Shown: in pieces, positions 51,268-61,440 of the stretch | Position numbering within the stretch: the first letter of the stretch is position 1 | Layout of the letters: each line of letters begins with the position of its first letter | Assembly (NCBI GenBank): GCA_050246315.1 | Contig: JBFWWG010000012.1 | Coordinates: 1-64,000, forward strand | Source of the DNA: Nitrospiraceae bacterium | GTDB taxonomy: Bacteria; Nitrospirota; Nitrospiria; Nitrospirales; Nitrospiraceae | Length of the DNA: 64,000 bases | Direction of reading: 5' to 3' | Notes under the pieces: generated by a model | Told to the model about the DNA's origin: nothing | What the model saw: the letters and a program-made list of their open reading frames with translations, nothing else | Database searches by the model: none | Made by a program: the position numbers and the translations under genes

Positions 51268-52992
51268 TCACCGCGTAATGATGGCCGGCAGCTCCGGGAT
51301 CTCGCCCAAGAGGTAGCGTCCCAGCAGCCGCGCCTGTACTTCCAACACCCGCCGATAGCTGATCTGATAGCCGAACACCGGATGGGTCAACTCCTGTCCC
51401 ATTCGCCGCTCGTAGGTCTCGATTAACCGGCGGCGTCCCTCCGGCGTCAAGGTCACGGCCCCCATCCGCTCGATCCAGTCCGTCGTCCGGATCTCCCCGT
51501 TGTTGATGGCGGTCAACACAGCCGAATCCGCAATCAACGGCCGGAACTCTTCCATCATGTCGAGCGCCAAGGCCGGACGGCCGTAGCGCGGCTGGTGGTA
51601 GAACCCCAGATAAGGATCGAGTCCCACGCTCAGCAGCGTGACGGTCCACTCGCGCGCCAGCATCGAGTAGAGCAACGACAACATGGCGTTGACGGGATCG
51701 CGCGGCGGCCGGCGATTGCGTCCCTCAAAATCGAACCGCGCCCCCGGTTCGGCCTCCTTCAACATGCCGGCAAACTCTGAAAAGTACCGCCGGGCCGCCG
51801 TACCTTCCGTACCGAGTAGCGACTCCACCGATTCCGCTGAGCCGGCCTGCCTGTGATCATATTTCAACTCCTGAATCACCGTCTCCGGCGCAGCCCGGTG
51901 ATTGCGCCGGAGCAGCGTGCGGCAATTGGCAATCTTGGCCTGGACGAAGCGTCGCGCCAGTTGAAGACACCGTTCACGGTCCGCCGCGACCGCGTACTGC
52001 CGACGCCGCAGTTCCACATGTTTGTGCAGGAGGCCCGTCGTCATGCCGTAGAACCAGCCACCGCTCGAACAGTAAACCAGCGGAATTTCGCGTTTGCAGA
52101 GTTCCTGAATCGCTTGTGTACTGACTTGCACGGCTCCGTACAGGACCACTTGAGAGGTTTCCACCAGCCGCGCCTCGCCGATCACCTCGTCGTGATCTTT
52201 GATTCTGAGGCAATCCCCGTCCTTGGCCAACTTGGCGCCGGGGGTCTGCACATGCAGCGGCAGGGCATCATCGTTCGTGGGAACCAGTTTTCTGAGCGCC
52301 GGGGTTTCCCCTTCATGCGGCCCGCGCAGCCAGTCGATTTCGTCCGGCAAACAGAGCCCCACCAGCGAACAACGGGGACACTTGGGACTATCCACCAAGG
52401 GCGGCGGGGCTACGGATAAGGTCGTCATCGCCCGCATCTCCGCCAAGAGGTCCAGCGTTCGGGCAACGAAGGCCTCGTCAAACGGCACCTCGACCCGCTC
52501 GCGCGAACCGACGAAATAAAGCACACCCCGGTCGCAGCTATAGCCCTGTTCCCGCAGCAACAACCCCTGCACACAGAGCTGCACCCGCTCCGGCTCCCAC
52601 GCGCCCTGCGCCGTATGCGGGCGCTTGCCCCGCTTGTAATCCACCGGCACGACTGCGCGGGCCCCTTCCTCTTGTCCCGAGGAGATCGCCTCACCTTCCA
52701 CCAGGTCGATCTTCGCCGTCACCCCGAGCCGCTCCGAGGATAGCCAGACCGACCGCTGATGGATGGCCGTCTCAGCCGCCTCGTCCTCCGCCTGCTTCGC
52801 TTTTCGCGCCGGCGCCTGGTCCACGCGCCGATGATGGAACCGGCCCTCAACCGTCTCGGCGTTGTCGGCGAACTCCCCGTCCACCCATTCGAAGTAGGCC
52901 AGACGCGGACAATAGGTGAATTCGTTCACCATCCGGGCGGGGAGCAACGGAATGTCGCTCCCCGAGGATGGCCCTAGGGATTCGTTCTCCAT
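51268..52992 (-). CDS. cas4/cas1: Cas4-Cas1 fusion
   Basis: Cas4 part: YCPR, KIDLVE, PVDYKRG, QLC.Q, KCPRCSL..LC. Cas1 part: [33 protein letters not shown]. Confidence 0.97.
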   Translation of the reverse strand: MENESLGPSSGSDIPLLPARMVNEFTYCPRLAYFEWVDGEFADNAETVEGRFHHRRVDQAPARKAKQAEDEAAETAIHQRSVWLSSERLGVTAKIDLVEGEAISSGQEEGARAVVPVDYKRGKRPHTAQGAWEPERVQLCVQGLLLREQGYSCDRGVLYFVGSRERVEVPFDEAFVARTLDLLAEMRAMTTLSVAPPPLVDSPKCPRCSLVGLCLPDEIDWLRGPHEGETPALRKLVPTNDDALPLHVQTPGAKLAKDGDCLRIKDHDEVIGEARLVETSQVVLYGAVQVSTQAIQELCKREIPLVYCSSGGWFYGMTTGLLHKHVELRRRQYAVAADRERCLQLARRFVQAKIANCRTLLRRNHRAAPETVIQELKYDHRQAGSAESVESLLGTEGTAARRYFSEFAGMLKEAEPGARFDFEGRNRRPPRDPVNAMLSLLYSMLAREWTVTLLSVGLDPYLGFYHQPRYGRPALALDMMEEFRPLIADSAVLTAINNGEIRTTDWIERMGAVTLTPEGRRRLIETYERRMGQELTHPVFGYQISYRRVLEVQARLLGRYLLGEIPELPAIITR

Positions 52993-53175
52993 ACTCCCTC
53001 TATCGGCGGGAGCGATGGAAATATTCAGATGTCAAAGAACAAAGGCGACCGAATGAGCCCCACCCGGTACCGGTCAGCCCCGGCCCCACAGGCTCGGGCA
53101 TGGCAACTCATGCCTCAACCTCATGCTCTACCTGCTCACGCGCCAGATGCCGAGGGTATCGCCCCCGACGATGTC

Positions 53176-53373
53176 TTACTTCACCCCAAGCTCACCCTTC
53201 GCACGGCTGAGGGGAACGGAGCGTTTCCGGCCTTCCGTCTTCTTCGCCTTGCGGAGTTGCAAAAGGTCTTCCATGTCCTCCAACCGTTCTTTTAAGGACA
53301 CGAACTCTTCATACGGCAGCACGGCAAACTGTTTTTTCCCGTCTTTGATCAGAATCTCAGGATGTAAGGTCAA
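53176..53373 (-). CDS. Phd/YefM-like antitoxin
   Basis: 65 aa; I..KDGKKQFAVLPYEEF..L.E.LED.ED...L..AK; directly downstream of relE. Confidence 0.75.
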   Translation of the reverse strand: MTLHPEILIKDGKKQFAVLPYEEFVSLKERLEDMEDLLQLRKAKKTEGRKRSVPLSRAKGELGVK

Positions 53374-53393
53374 GATCGACTTCTTCTCAAGCC

Positions 53394-53641
53394 TTAACGA
53401 TAGGCCTTATCTCGTGACAACACGCGAAAGATTATCACCCGGTGCCTGCAACCTCAAAAAGCACACGGTAGTCCCCCACCCGCAATCGGTATTCCGGCGT
53501 GAAGTGAGTGAGGCGTTTCACATCGCCGGCAAGGTCGATCTCCAGCGCCTCCACCTTCGCGACGACCCTTTCGCACTCACGCAAGGTCAGGGTTTTCAGA
53601 TCCTTGATCGCCCTTGGCTTGAATTCAATGTTGTATTGCAT
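53394..53641 (-). pseudogene. relE: RelE/ParE toxin with a frameshift near the C-terminus
   Basis: Y.IEFKPRAIKDL...GDVKRL...YRLRVGDYRVLFEV stops at 53435, while the family C-terminus RVIIFRVLSRDKAYR* continues in another frame to 53394. Confidence 0.85.
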
Positions 53642-53737
53642 TCATGCTCCAACCGTCCCGGACGAATAGGGAAGCGGAAACCGTACGTGTCATAGCTTGC
53701 GCCTCACACGCACAGGTTACGATCTTCACCTGAGCCC

Positions 53738-53821
53738 TTACGCGCTCCGCTCGCCCCCACGACCATCCACCGGCATAAATTGCCCGAGGCCGAAGTGGCA
53801 GCCGTAGCCGAGGGAGCAAGG
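53738..53821 (-). pseudogene. csb2: 3' remnant of a second csb2 (Cas5/6)
   Basis: Translates as PCSLGYGCHFGLGQFMPVDGRGGERSA*, a Cas6-type Gly-rich C-terminal loop; no start codon; begins 6 nt after the cas8g stop. Confidence 0.75.
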
Positions 53822-53826
53822 TATAT

Positions 53827-54789
53827 TCACACTGGTATTCCCATTGTGAAGTTGCGAAACCTGCCTTGGGTAATTCGCTCGCAGCGATAGATTTCCTTGA
53901 TCCCCATCGCCTCGAGCTGGCGTCTATTAGGGCACTCTGCCCGTAGTTCATCTAATGCCAACAGAGAACGTACAACGTCTACACTGACCTCACCCTCCCA
54001 GATAGGCCAGGTCCAGAACACACCGATATCTTTGCGTCTGATAAAGCCGGTGGTTTCAAGTCGATTCCCAATCGGTGCTGTCGGCAATAGCGCTATACCT
54101 TCGATCGCGAGCCGGTTGGCACCCCAGACGCTACCTTGAACCTTACGCGCAGGGTCTCCACTAGGCTCACTCCAGCGCAGTGCACGACGTACATCGTCAC
54201 GAGGATCCCAACGCATAGTGTGTTTCTCCATAGGATCATCATAACGCCAGGGTTCCATCAGCGCTTTGCACAAATGTTCTGATTGGCTGTCCTGAGCCAA
54301 TTGCCGCATGGTTCCAAGAAAGTGCTGGTGCCCAGACCCACTCATAGTGCGCAATGCTGTATCCGCAACAATCTTGGGGTCGGTCATGTTCCTTATGGCT
54401 TCACTGCCAAATGCCGCCAGAAAATCAGCAAGGCGCCTTTCGCTGTTGGTGCCCGTCTTCTGCGCTTTTACGGCTTCCTTGCGAAAGTCCTCAATCTTTA
54501 TCGTGAGGTTGTCAGCCAGCTCAAAAGCTTCATGCTTCGGCTCTCGTCTCAGTTCTTGCATCAGTTGGGCAAAAAGATCGATCTTCTCATCAAAATCCAC
54601 GGTCAGCTCTGGCCGCCAACCACCCTCGTCTCGTTTCCAGGTCATGCGACAGCGATAGCATCGCCACGCCAGCGTTGCCGTTCTCAATGTTCCTATCGCG
54701 GCGAGAAAGGCGAGCGGATTGCTGCCATCCAGTCCTTTCAATAACCAACGGTTCTTCATACGCCACCTTGAGGGACGGTTTAATTTCAT
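53827..54789 (-). CDS. cas8g: Type I-G large subunit Cas8g (Csb3/Cas8u-like)
   Basis: L.GLDGSNPLAFLAAIG, SG.G.Q.F, WRYDD....RWDP, GANRLA.EG..L.P, WTWPIW; ATGA-coupled to cas3. Confidence 0.75.
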   Translation of the reverse strand: MKLNRPSRWRMKNRWLLKGLDGSNPLAFLAAIGTLRTATLAWRCYRCRMTWKRDEGGWRPELTVDFDEKIDLFAQLMQELRREPKHEAFELADNLTIKIEDFRKEAVKAQKTGTNSERRLADFLAAFGSEAIRNMTDPKIVADTALRTMSGSGHQHFLGTMRQLAQDSQSEHLCKALMEPWRYDDPMEKHTMRWDPRDDVRRALRWSEPSGDPARKVQGSVWGANRLAIEGIALLPTAPIGNRLETTGFIRRKDIGVFWTWPIWEGEVSVDVVRSLLALDELRAECPNRRQLEAMGIKEIYRCERITQGRFRNFTMGIPV

Positions 54790-57700
54790 TGTTCAGCTTC
54801 ACTGCGGCGATGGTCTGCCAGCCGCATGATCGCTTCAAGCCATGCGAGTCCCCACCAGCCGTATCGTCGCGTGAGCGCCCAAAATCGCTCAGCCACTCCA
54901 GAATCCAGAAATTCAAGACCCGTCGCGCTGGAATGGATCAACTGGCGACCTTGAAACTTCACGGCCACATCCATTGGGATGTCATCAATCACGACGGGCG
55001 CAAAAGGCCTGCAATAACCATGATGACTGCCAACCAAATGCAGCACCAACATCGGAAGATACTCATCATCTCGTGGCAACAGGTCAGCGGCTTGTTCGAG
55101 AAAACGCACAGAAAGCAATTCGTGTCGGCCGCCGTTAGGGTAGCCGGCACGCCGCCTGGCCTTTTCGCTGGCATGTCTTCCTTGAGGCATATCCGAGGAC
55201 TTTGCGAGCAAATCACTCCCTACCCAAGGATTGCCGCCCCTGAGCCACGCCTGAAAACGCGGGTCGGCCTTGCCGAGATCGTGCGCCCGAGCCGCCAACT
55301 CCACTGCGTTTACCAACGGCTTTGATAAACCGCACCCTTCCGCAAAATGACGAGCAAACTCCGCTACTCCGTCGAGATGCGCCGCAAGCCCTACGCGACA
55401 AGTACCAGAAGCAGTGGCATCGTCCTCATCCGAAAAAGCATCGGTCTCGCCTGGGCGTGCGGAGAGCCTCTTGCTACCCCGTACCACCAACCCACCCATT
55501 GGGTGCAACATAAGACCATGTGCAAGCTTCTTATCACTAGCGAGGCTTAATGCGATCTCCCTGAGCCATTCTGGAGCAACCGCATCGCCTCCCATATTCG
55601 AAAATGCTGCTCTAAGATCATCAGCCAATAACTCCGGATCTGCCTCAAGACGATTCGCTGCCTCCGCAGCAAGGCGACGTAGTCGTTCCGTGGATGATGT
55701 TTCAGGGAAGATGGACATGACCTCCGGGTGTAACCGAAGCATTGCCTTTGCTCGCGCAATGCGATGCGCGCGATCGCCCCAATCCAACACGGGTTGTCCG
55801 TTCGGTCCCGCGGGTAGACCACCAAGAACATCCCAGCCACCCGCCTCTGCGGGAATGACCACGACATCACCGGGGCAAATTTCTTGTGGATCGGAGATGA
55901 CCCGTGAGTCCTTCCGTCCGCGCCAACGAACGACACAAGAAGTGCTTAACGCCGTGTCAGACTCCGCGACGAAATCTCTGCTCGCTCCTTCCACATCGGT
56001 ATCGTTGCTACCGGCAGCTCTGTCTCCCATGAGCCAGTTGCGTAAAGTGACGATCGTAACAGGCAGGCACTCCATCGCGGCGGGAGGGCAAAGAGCGAGT
56101 GTTTCGAGCCAGTCTTCCTCGCCACCAACACGAAGATCGGCCCGCCAGCACACCTGCACATCAGCCGAGGCTCGTTCCGGGCCGTGCAAGAAGACAGCGA
56201 CGTCCGGTGTAGGTGTTGGCTCCGGGGCCGTCTGCGCCCAGCAGTCAACATGGGAAGGAAGTATCACCGGGGCATGCGCAGCGGGAGCGACAAGTTTCGC
56301 CAATTTCGCTCCGCTCGGCAGCCTCCCGGCTAATGCCATGATGCCCATGCTAAGCACCTTAGCTTTCCCCCCTTGCTCGTTCAGCCATTTCCATGTCTCG
56401 GTAAGTGCCGGTCCATACACCGGATCATCTTCACTCTTCTCGGTTTGATCGGCCCGGATAAGAATCGCAGCCTTGGCGCCACGAGGATGACCGGCCTCGT
56501 CCCTTCCATCGATTGTTCGCCCCATTCGGTTGAGTCGCCCAAAGCGCTGTCGCAGCGCATCAAGACTGGCACACTCGGTCACCAATACGTCGAAATCCAA
56601 ATTGGCGCCAACTTCCAACGTCTGGGTGGTAACGACGAACAGAGGACCAGCAAGCTGTCGCTCTTTTGAATGTTCAGCGGAGAGAGCTTCCAGCCGTGCT
56701 GCTACCGTATCGTCCTTGTCAATCGCTCGCATCCGTCCAGTGAGCAACACCGCTGCCTGACCGTAATTCTTCGTGAGCAACCTGTGGATATGGCGTGCGG
56801 TGGCTACGCGGTTAGCGAATATCACCGCGGCAACCGCCCGTCCTGCAACCAGGTCCTCGGCTTTTATTGCTAACGCAGCAGCAAGCATTTCCTCAGCGTT
56901 CGCGCGGAGTTCGACAAGCTGCTTGCGCAGGCGTCTTTGTGCATTGCTGCCCTTGGCCTCTTTCAGTTGTTTGAGCGTATCTTTGACTCCCCAAGCAAGT
57001 TTCTTATCTTTTTCAGTTGGCTGTATAAGCTCAGTGGGCTTCTCCGCAAGTTGTCTGTCACCGAGCCGATGACCAGCGGTCTTCGGCTCCTCGGAGTTGT
57101 CCCTGAACACATCCGACAGCCCATCCGGCGGCGTGGCGCTCATGATGACGATATGAAATGGCGCCTTCGGTACGGCATCGCCCCAAAGGCGATACTTTTT
57201 TACTGCCTGCAAGGTCTCCAGAAAGGGTTGAGCACAATGGGCTTCGTCGAGCAACACCAACGCATCGTTACCGGCCATGCCTGCTTGTATGGGCCACGCA
57301 CGGTGGGAGCGACCGTAGGCCCGGAACAGCAGGCGCGAGCCCAGTTGATCCACTGTGCTGGCAATCACTGCCGGTTGGATAGGTGAATGTGCCCATGCAT
57401 CGGAACGATACATGCCGCCGCGTAACTGAAAACAAGCTAAGGGTTCTTCGCCACCCGAAAGTCGGCGCAGTTGGTTGGCTACGCTGTACAGAATGCCCTT
57501 GGTTGCTCCCCGCAACCTGTCGGCGATCTTGCGGGCGCGCTCATAGGCTTCATCAACGATCACACGGCGATCCACGACAAAAAAGATGCGCCGCGGAGCG
57601 GTCAACGATTGATCCGGTGCCAACATGTCCGCCTGTGCCGCCAAAGCGAAGACGGCGATGTCGATGCAGACCGTCTTGCCAGAGGCGGTTGGCAGTGCGA

Positions 57701-57836
57701 TTGCGTCAGGCCAAGGCCTCGATGTATTCGACAATACCCTTTCAGCCAGGTCTCTCTGCCACTGAAACGGAACATGTCCATGTCCCCAAAGCGCTGTGAA
57801 GAAGTCGCTGAAGTCTGCGGCATTCAATTCAGGCAT
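54786..57836 (-). CDS. cas3: Type I-G Cas3 helicase with C-terminal HD nuclease
   Basis: PF.WQ, LPTASGKT, VVDRR, STVDQ.GSRLLFR, LDEAH, MSATP, TQTLEVGANLD, QRFGRLNR, then HLDGV...HDLGKAD...RHE...SHHG...LADHR. Confidence 0.95.
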   Translation of the reverse strand: MPELNAADFSDFFTALWGHGHVPFQWQRDLAERVLSNTSRPWPDAIALPTASGKTVCIDIAVFALAAQADMLAPDQSLTAPRRIFFVVDRRVIVDEAYERARKIADRLRGATKGILYSVANQLRRLSGGEEPLACFQLRGGMYRSDAWAHSPIQPAVIASTVDQLGSRLLFRAYGRSHRAWPIQAGMAGNDALVLLDEAHCAQPFLETLQAVKKYRLWGDAVPKAPFHIVIMSATPPDGLSDVFRDNSEEPKTAGHRLGDRQLAEKPTELIQPTEKDKKLAWGVKDTLKQLKEAKGSNAQRRLRKQLVELRANAEEMLAAALAIKAEDLVAGRAVAAVIFANRVATARHIHRLLTKNYGQAAVLLTGRMRAIDKDDTVAARLEALSAEHSKERQLAGPLFVVTTQTLEVGANLDFDVLVTECASLDALRQRFGRLNRMGRTIDGRDEAGHPRGAKAAILIRADQTEKSEDDPVYGPALTETWKWLNEQGGKAKVLSMGIMALAGRLPSGAKLAKLVAPAAHAPVILPSHVDCWAQTAPEPTPTPDVAVFLHGPERASADVQVCWRADLRVGGEEDWLETLALCPPAAMECLPVTIVTLRNWLMGDRAAGSNDTDVEGASRDFVAESDTALSTSCVVRWRGRKDSRVISDPQEICPGDVVVIPAEAGGWDVLGGLPAGPNGQPVLDWGDRAHRIARAKAMLRLHPEVMSIFPETSSTERLRRLAAEAANRLEADPELLADDLRAAFSNMGGDAVAPEWLREIALSLASDKKLAHGLMLHPMGGLVVRGSKRLSARPGETDAFSDEDDATASGTCRVGLAAHLDGVAEFARHFAEGCGLSKPLVNAVELAARAHDLGKADPRFQAWLRGGNPWVGSDLLAKSSDMPQGRHASEKARRRAGYPNGGRHELLSVRFLEQAADLLPRDDEYLPMLVLHLVGSHHGYCRPFAPVVIDDIPMDVAVKFQGRQLIHSSATGLEFLDSGVAERFWALTRRYGWWGLAWLEAIMRLADHRRSEAEQ

Positions 57837-59427
57837 GATCTCTGTCTCCCTGCGAAAGGGGCCGGCAGAGACCATAGCCACGATACCGCCCGGCGCCCAC
57901 CAACACAGGACCCTCAACGTCTTCTCCGAAATCGATCACAGCATGAGCATGGGACATACGCCCACCATCCTTCTTGCGGATCAAATAAGGGAACTCGTTA
58001 CTTCTCGGAACACCCTCAAACATTGATACCGGATGCAATAAGACTTCCTGTGGACGAGGCAGACCAATACGTTTGCATGCGTCCTTGACGCTCTCCGCCG
58101 TATGCTCCCATTTATCTTTGCCATTGAAATGACGATCCAACACCACTGGCGTGACACTGGCCCATACGCGCGCCGGGCCTGTCCATGTCTCTTGCCTCAG
58201 GCTCCACGGTGGTGATTCTCGGGTATCCAGCTCCACACCACACTCGAACCATTGTCCATCGAAAAGACGGTGGCGCTTGGGGAGTTCGTATTCATCACGT
58301 AACCAATGTCCCAGAACACGTGCTGGTTCGTCCTGTGAAACCGCTCGCGGCAATGTCAGAGCTACACCCAGCAGCCGACCATCGGCGTGTTCCCTTCCGA
58401 CAAATGGTAGAGGCACCAAAGCCAAGTGGGGTTTCTCGCTGCGTCCACCACCAGATGCATGACCGCACAGCCATTCCGGCAGAGGCTGTGAAGCGCCGGC
58501 CATCAATGCTCCACGCAACGCTTCGGTAAGCCTGAGAGTAGCCGGAAGCGACAATCGCGGACCAGAAAGACTCAACACCACCAGGCGAGGATCGAAGATG
58601 CTGCCGCGAATCGTTTTCCCAGGCTCTATAAATGGTTTGTTGTACCCCGTGTAATGCCACGAATTCGGTCGCAACCGATCGATGATGCCATGGAGATAGT
58701 TCTCCCGCCTTTTCTTGAGGTCGTTTCTCCGCTTACCATGGGCCGCTTGCTCCAGCGCCCATAAATCGTCAACTACCGCGATGTGTGCCTCACGCCCACA
58801 CGTTCTGATTAAATAGTCGAGCCGCCCCGGCCCAAAGATGCGCAAGCGATGGCGGGTCACACCCTCGCGCTCGACAAGAGTGGGTGCTGGTGGGGAGTCG
58901 GTCAACCACATCTGCACCAGTGAAGCGGGATGACCGATGGAGACCACCTTCCCGCAAAGGCGGGCAAGCGGTTCGCGGTAAATTTCTGGAATGTCGTCGT
59001 TCCATATCAGATGAACGACTGGGTCATGAGGGATGGCGACTGGGAAAGAACGCTCCTGCCTGGGACGGAACTCTACAGCCACTGTCAGACCGGCCTCCTT
59101 CAAATCCTTGAGGGAAGGTTGCGGATCAGCAAGCACTGAAGCGAGTTTCTTCGATCCGGCCAGTTCCGAGTCGTTCGCTGGCACGTAACTAGTAACCACC
59201 TCTCGAAACTCAGCCTCCGAAGCTGCAATCCCCGGTGGGTTAAGTCGTTCCAACCAGCGAAGGATTTCTCCTTCGGCGGCGTCCTGGTCTGTTTCAAACC
59301 ACGCCGCCGTAAGCGCCATAAATACCCGATCCGGATGGGGTGGCCATTCGGCGCGCTCTTTCTTTGGTCCATCTGCCGCCGCCATCACCCACCCATTCAA
59401 AAAGTGGATGCCGAGACCAAACATCAT
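57829..59427 (-). CDS. csb2: Csb2 (Cas5/Cas6 fusion)
   Basis: EWPPHPDR.F.AL.A, L.WLE.L..P, W.SVTP.VL, GPVLVGAGRYRGYGLCRP. Confidence 0.93.
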   Translation of the reverse strand: MMFGLGIHFLNGWVMAAADGPKKERAEWPPHPDRVFMALTAAWFETDQDAAEGEILRWLERLNPPGIAASEAEFREVVTSYVPANDSELAGSKKLASVLADPQPSLKDLKEAGLTVAVEFRPRQERSFPVAIPHDPVVHLIWNDDIPEIYREPLARLCGKVVSIGHPASLVQMWLTDSPPAPTLVEREGVTRHRLRIFGPGRLDYLIRTCGREAHIAVVDDLWALEQAAHGKRRNDLKKRRENYLHGIIDRLRPNSWHYTGYNKPFIEPGKTIRGSIFDPRLVVLSLSGPRLSLPATLRLTEALRGALMAGASQPLPEWLCGHASGGGRSEKPHLALVPLPFVGREHADGRLLGVALTLPRAVSQDEPARVLGHWLRDEYELPKRHRLFDGQWFECGVELDTRESPPWSLRQETWTGPARVWASVTPVVLDRHFNGKDKWEHTAESVKDACKRIGLPRPQEVLLHPVSMFEGVPRSNEFPYLIRKKDGGRMSHAHAVIDFGEDVEGPVLVGAGRYRGYGLCRPLSQGDRDHA

Positions 59428-60737
59428 TCGTCTCCTTCTTCACCCTCTGCAGCAATTTCGTGACTCCGGCGTACCAACTGGAGCAGGTCGTCGGAGGGAG
59501 CAAGTTGGATGACATTCCTTTCCCACGGCAATCCCAACTGTACTGCCTCGTCCACAGCCTCATTGAAGAGCACTACTGCATTATCGGCTGTAAGATCGAA
59601 CGGTGTCTCCCGGCCGGGTCCGCTCAGAAGATTCCACTCAAATGGTCCATCAGGAACAAGTTGGCAACGGGATCGTAGATCCGAACCTTCCTCGCGCGCC
59701 AGCGTGGCTGCACAGATGCCAAGAGCGGCCAGCACCGTGCGTGCCGCCTTGTCTACCATGGTCTGTTCTTCAGCATTCTTGCCTTGGAGAGGAAATCGCA
59801 GTCGTCGCAGTGCTGTCAGTGATAGCACAGTGGTCTGGCTAGCTTTGTCGATTGTGAAACCACCTCTGATGCGTGGTTCTCCATTTTTCTCCCGAATAAT
59901 GTTGTTTCTGTTGTCTTTAGCATAGGCAAAATCTGGCGTTACACCGCCAAGATTGGCTTCAGATGGCTTGCCCTCCTTGCCAATCTTCAGTCTCTTCCCA
60001 TCCCTTTCACGAGCATCGGACTCGTTCAGAGTCCAATGGGGAAGAGAGTCAGATTTTTTCTGGCGCTGAAGGAGCGGCCCCGCACTTCTCAGAATATTCA
60101 GGTGATCGACCTTGCCACCGGTCGTGATCCCCGGCTGAGCATTGATGCCTACAATCTCCGATACGAGTGCCCGTTGGAACTTCGCGCCTAGACCACCGCG
60201 CGGTCCTGCAGAGTCCCATAGCCCAAACAGTAACGCTGTTGGGCAGAGACCAAAGAGCCCGGTTGCATTTCGAAGATCAGCCACATCCAAAACTCTGCCT
60301 TTACTCGACCTGCGAAACAGCACCGCCTGGCCAGCTTCCTCATGGAGGCTGTCGCGAAACAGGGCGTCTGCAACACGGTGAGGAGCGTCAAGACTCGTTA
60401 CCTTGATAGTCTTCGGCACTCCCCTCACTTCGAACTCGAACTTCACCTGCACTATCGGAAGTGAATGGGGTCCGAAACGTTTCGCTTCCCATGCATCCAG
60501 CAGCGCCGACTCCATTCGGTTGGCCTGGGATTGCACCGAATCCAACAGTACGCAGTCCACAACCTTGCTGTCCTTCATCACTCGTTTCTCGGTCGCATAC
60601 TTTCCACCTTCGTAAGTCGGCGGGAATACCTTGTCCCCAGGCCCACCGGCGGGCTGATACTCGGTTACGCATCGCAACGCTGCGGCTGAACCACCCACTG
60701 CTTGTTTCACTTTCTCCAATGTCAGCGTCTCACTCAT
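59424..60737 (-). CDS. csb1: Csb1 (Cas7g)
   Basis: PAGG...KVFPPTY, LDSVQSQANRME, PHR.ADA, PTALLFG.WDS, LS...LRRLRF, DLRSRC.L; AAGGAGG RBS. Confidence 0.95.
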   Translation of the reverse strand: MSETLTLEKVKQAVGGSAAALRCVTEYQPAGGPGDKVFPPTYEGGKYATEKRVMKDSKVVDCVLLDSVQSQANRMESALLDAWEAKRFGPHSLPIVQVKFEFEVRGVPKTIKVTSLDAPHRVADALFRDSLHEEAGQAVLFRRSSKGRVLDVADLRNATGLFGLCPTALLFGLWDSAGPRGGLGAKFQRALVSEIVGINAQPGITTGGKVDHLNILRSAGPLLQRQKKSDSLPHWTLNESDARERDGKRLKIGKEGKPSEANLGGVTPDFAYAKDNRNNIIREKNGEPRIRGGFTIDKASQTTVLSLTALRRLRFPLQGKNAEEQTMVDKAARTVLAALGICAATLAREEGSDLRSRCQLVPDGPFEWNLLSGPGRETPFDLTADNAVVLFNEAVDEAVQLGLPWERNVIQLAPSDDLLQLVRRSHEIAAEGEEGDE

Positions 60738-60790
60738 GGACAGCTCCTCCTTTGTTTACACTCTTCTTCTCAATCCAGAATTTTCCTGAA

Positions 60791-60952
60791 CTACACCCAT
60801 CCCAGCACCGCCATCGCGGTTTTGCCAAGACCTGTCGGCACATCCACCAACGATGGTAAGATTCGCTCGCAGGCGAAGCGGACCTGGAATGGATACGGGA
60901 CATATCCCGTCGCCTGCTTGAACCATTCAGAGAATTGTCGCTCCTGACTCAT
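60791..60952 (-). pseudogene. cas3: 5' remnant of a second cas3
   Basis: AGGGGG RBS then MSQERQFSEWFKQATGYVPYPFQVRFACERILPSLVDVPTGLGKTAMAVLGWV* (53 aa): Q-motif plus Walker A, then a stop. Confidence 0.85.
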
Positions 60953-61440
60953 CTGGCTTTCCCCCTGTCACTCTTTACTCTCTCCTGTTCCGACTCCCAC
61001 TCCCCATCCAGCGGCGTATACGGTATCCGTTGTAAAGGACCTCTCACGAACTGAGCACGATCGGGACATTCCGTAGACTGAATTCCACATGGAGGATATT
61101 TCAATGGGTGTCTCTCAAATTCTGCAAAGGACCAAATTCTGATTCCTCGACCACTCCGACGCATACTCGGGTTCAAAGCCGGGGGCAAGGTGCCGTTGAT
61201 CGAGGAGGCGAGTTAACGTCCCGAGCAGGCATACGCCATTTTCCTGAATGATTCAATACGCAGAGGATGGACAAACGGTCCTATTGGACCCGCCTCCAAT
61301 CAGCACCGGTGGCTCGTTCGGCGAGTGGCCTGGTCTTCGCCTGCTCCTCCTGAGATGCCGACCTGCCGGCCGGCGGCGTTGACGGAAGGCCTGGATGAGA
61401 CCGGCTTTGTCTTTCCCTGCCGGTGCTGTACAATCCGCGC

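Noticed and set aside
51263..51649. Apparent N-terminal extension of Cas2 (225-aa ORF)
   Set aside because: Out-of-frame overlap with cas1; Cas2 homology starts at ATG 51262.
61250..61257. Third handle-like motif (ATTGAATC on the minus strand) upstream of the degenerate repeat pair
   Set aside because: Out of register (80 nt) and no other repeat similarity.
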